A stretch of 40,169 nt of DNA, from contig OMWF01000257.1 of the NCBI GenBank assembly GCA_900314665.1, positions 1 through 40,169 of the forward strand, written 5' to 3'. A model generated the notes under the pieces. The model saw only the letters and a list, made by a program, of their open reading frames with translations. It searched no databases and was not told the origin of the DNA. This document shows positions 37,477 through 40,169 of the stretch, piece by piece (position 1 is the first letter of the stretch; every line of letters starts with the position of its first letter). This DNA comes from an uncultured Actinomycetes bacterium. GTDB taxonomy: Bacteria; Actinomycetota; Coriobacteriia; Coriobacteriales; RUG033. The position numbers were made by a program, and so were the translations under genes.

Positions 37477-38799
37477 CTACAGGTGCGCTCCGTGCGGGCC
37501 CTGCTCGTAGGGGTTCTCCCAGCTTTGGGCGGGGGTGCGGCGGTCGGCCACCAGCTCCTTCAGGGGGAAGATGAGCTCGTACTCGTCATCGCCCAGCGAG
37601 CGCTCGGCGCGGGCTACCAGGTCGTCTGCCAGCTCGGCCGCCGTCTGCTCGTACGGGGTGCCGGCAAGCAGCACCGCCTCGTATCCGCGTTCGCTTATCG
37701 CCTGCTTCATGGCGGGTACGGTGGCGTCGTCAAAGGACTCCGCCATCTGGCTGAGGTCGCGGATGGCGGTGTCGCTGTAGAGGAGGCCCTTGATGAGCGC
37801 CACGTATGCCAGCGCCAGCTCGGGCTTGACGGCGTCGGCCTGGCGTATCTCCAAGTACTCCTTCAGGCGCACGTCGGGGAAGAGCATGGACAGCACATGG
37901 GTCGCCTCCGCAGGGGTCATGGCCCGCTCGGCGTAGATGTCGTTGACCGGCTGGCTGCCGGTGTAGCGCCAACCCACTTCCTGGGACGGGTCCGGCACCA
38001 GGATGGGGGGCGTGGCGAGCACGTAGTCCGCATACGCCTCGAAGTCGAAGCCCTCGTCGAAGAGGCCCGGCACCACGTTGCAGCGGTCTGGGTCGCAGCC
38101 CTGCCAGCAGGCGGCCCGCATGATGTGGTGGGGGCGCCAGGCGCCCTCAAAGACCGGCGCGTTGTCGAGCATCAGGTAGAGCACGGGGCCTATGGCGCTG
38201 GCCGCCCGCATCTTGGCGATGGCGTCGTCCTCGTGCTTGTAGTCGACCGAGACCTGCAGAGAGGCGGTGCCCCGCATCATCGAGCGGCCCCAATGGCTGA
38301 TGCCCATGAAGTACCGGTCCATGCTGCGGTAGCGGAACTTGGGGATGAGCGCCAGATCGTCGACTTTGGCTGTGGGGTGGTAGCCCAGGAAGGGCGTCTC
38401 GGCGCCGATGCGCTCGAGCGCGGGGTCGAGCGTGCGGCGGAAGTCCCGGTACTCGGCGGCCACGTCGGCAAGCCGGTGGTAAGGGCGCATGCTGATCTCA
38501 AACTGGGCGGCCGGCTCGAGGGTGATGGTGTGGCCGGTGCGGGCCAGCCCCAGGATGCCGCCGGTGCCGTCCTCGTGGACCGGGGTGACCTCCTTGTACG
38601 CCTCCTTGAGGCTTTCGAGCAGCACCTCCACGCCCTGCTCGCCGGCGTAGGGGACGGGCGCGCCGCTGCCCTGGCGCACGAGCTCGTGCTCCATCTCGAC
38701 GCCCACCCGCTTGCTCTGGGAGATGCCCGACTCAAAGATCTTGACCAGAATCTCGCGGTTGGCGGCGGTCGCCTGGTGCTCGGTTACGGTCTTGCGCAT
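37477..38799 (-). CDS. Glutamate--cysteine ligase family 2 (GCS2; plant/EgtA-like type)
   Basis: VGVEMEH, TLEPAAQFEIS, PK.RY..M..YF, MMRGTASLQVSVDY and H..S.LFPDVRLK.YLEIR.AD motifs. Confidence 0.9.
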   Translation of the reverse strand: MRKTVTEHQATAANREILVKIFESGISQSKRVGVEMEHELVRQGSGAPVPYAGEQGVEVLLESLKEAYKEVTPVHEDGTGGILGLARTGHTITLEPAAQFEISMRPYHRLADVAAEYRDFRRTLDPALERIGAETPFLGYHPTAKVDDLALIPKFRYRSMDRYFMGISHWGRSMMRGTASLQVSVDYKHEDDAIAKMRAASAIGPVLYLMLDNAPVFEGAWRPHHIMRAACWQGCDPDRCNVVPGLFDEGFDFEAYADYVLATPPILVPDPSQEVGWRYTGSQPVNDIYAERAMTPAEATHVLSMLFPDVRLKEYLEIRQADAVKPELALAYVALIKGLLYSDTAIRDLSQMAESFDDATVPAMKQAISERGYEAVLLAGTPYEQTAAELADDLVARAERSLGDDEYELIFPLKELVADRRTPAQSWENPYEQGPHGAHL

Positions 38800-39022
38800 G
38801 AGATGCCATCCTCGCAGAAGTCGTCGTGCGTGGTACGCGCGTGTCTTGTATATGTCCCGATACTACCGCGTGCAGCGGCCTTGCGCGGGCGCGGCATGAG
38901 CAGCGGGGTCGGAGACGCCTGCCAGATACCACTGACGTCCGTTTACCGGAGCACTGGCCCCGGGCCGCTAGTCAACATGGTGTTGAGCGAAGGGTATTCT
39001 CGCGGGAGTAGTAAGTTCACAG

Positions 39023-39183
39023 CACCATCAAGAGGCGGCGGGAAACCGTCGCGCGGGTCGAGGGACCGAGCCCTATGAAGCCCCGGCAACCGGCGCACAA
39101 AGCTGCGCGCGGTGCCAAGTCTCGGCAGAACGCCTTTGGCCGGAGGTTCTCGCCGCGGTCGCGGGCGCTTCGGAAGATGGGGG
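39023..39183 (+). ncRNA. SAM-I (S-box) riboswitch aptamer, variant
   Basis: CCATCAAGAG ... GAGGGA-CCGAG-CCCTATGAAGCCC-CGGCAACC ... GGTGCCAAG ... GAAGATGG. P1 is CCATC/GATGG, kink-turn GA/GA elements are present, and it lies upstream of metK. Confidence 0.92.
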
Positions 39184-39206
39184 AAGAGCGCGCCTGAGGG
39201 TCTGGC

Positions 39207-39239
39207 GCAGGAAGCCCCCGCACGGAGCTTTTTTCTTGC
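39207..39239 (+). terminator. Riboswitch expression-platform terminator
   Basis: AAGC..CC-GCAC-GG.GCTT imperfect stem followed by TTTTTT (39229-39234), between the aptamer and the metK RBS. Confidence 0.6.
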
Positions 39240-39306
39240 CCCGTGGAAGGATACAAGGGTCGGCGGCGCCGCATCCGCTGACACGGGATCGAGAATGGAG
39301 CACTGC

Positions 39307-40169
<863 letters not shown>

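Noticed and set aside
37477-38799. Calling the GCS2 gene egtA (ergothioneine pathway)
   Set aside because: No egtB/egtC/egtD neighbours are present, so the family-level call was kept.

Overview
High-GC chromosomal housekeeping region from an actinobacterium. Protein features such as the long RecJ-helicase fusion, the MetK N-terminal insertion and the Cys-rich small protein suggest class Coriobacteriia; this is an inference. Gene order: 3' end of a choline/aminoglycoside-kinase-like gene; argR-argG-argH; a class A penicillin-binding protein (- strand); U32-family (RlhA-like) protein; tyrS; NifU-like protein plus a Cys-rich small protein; lgt; yebC; a LexA-box-preceded ruvCAB operon; a hypothetical protein; cspA; queH-queA-tgt; secD-secF; a 1245-aa RecJ-HIRAN-RecQ-like helicase fusion; rel; DUF192 plus an A24 prepilin peptidase; MBL hydrolase; Zn-ribbon membrane protein; gltX (-); a circularly permuted ATP-grasp ligase (-); a GtrII-like/GtrB-like glycosyltransferase pair (+); GCS2 glutamate-cysteine ligase (-); and a structurally variant SAM-I riboswitch upstream of a truncated metK. 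I saw no tRNA, rRNA, CRISPR array, transposase or integrase. Best leads: (1) a single-polypeptide nuclease/3'-end-binding/helicase resection machine; (2) a putative non-canonical two-enzyme gamma-glutamyl-peptide (glutathione-like) pathway split by a glycosylation cassette; (3) a SAM-I aptamer with an inserted GAAA hairpin and a co-varied 5-bp pseudoknot. All family assignments come from motifs recognised by eye; no database searches were run.
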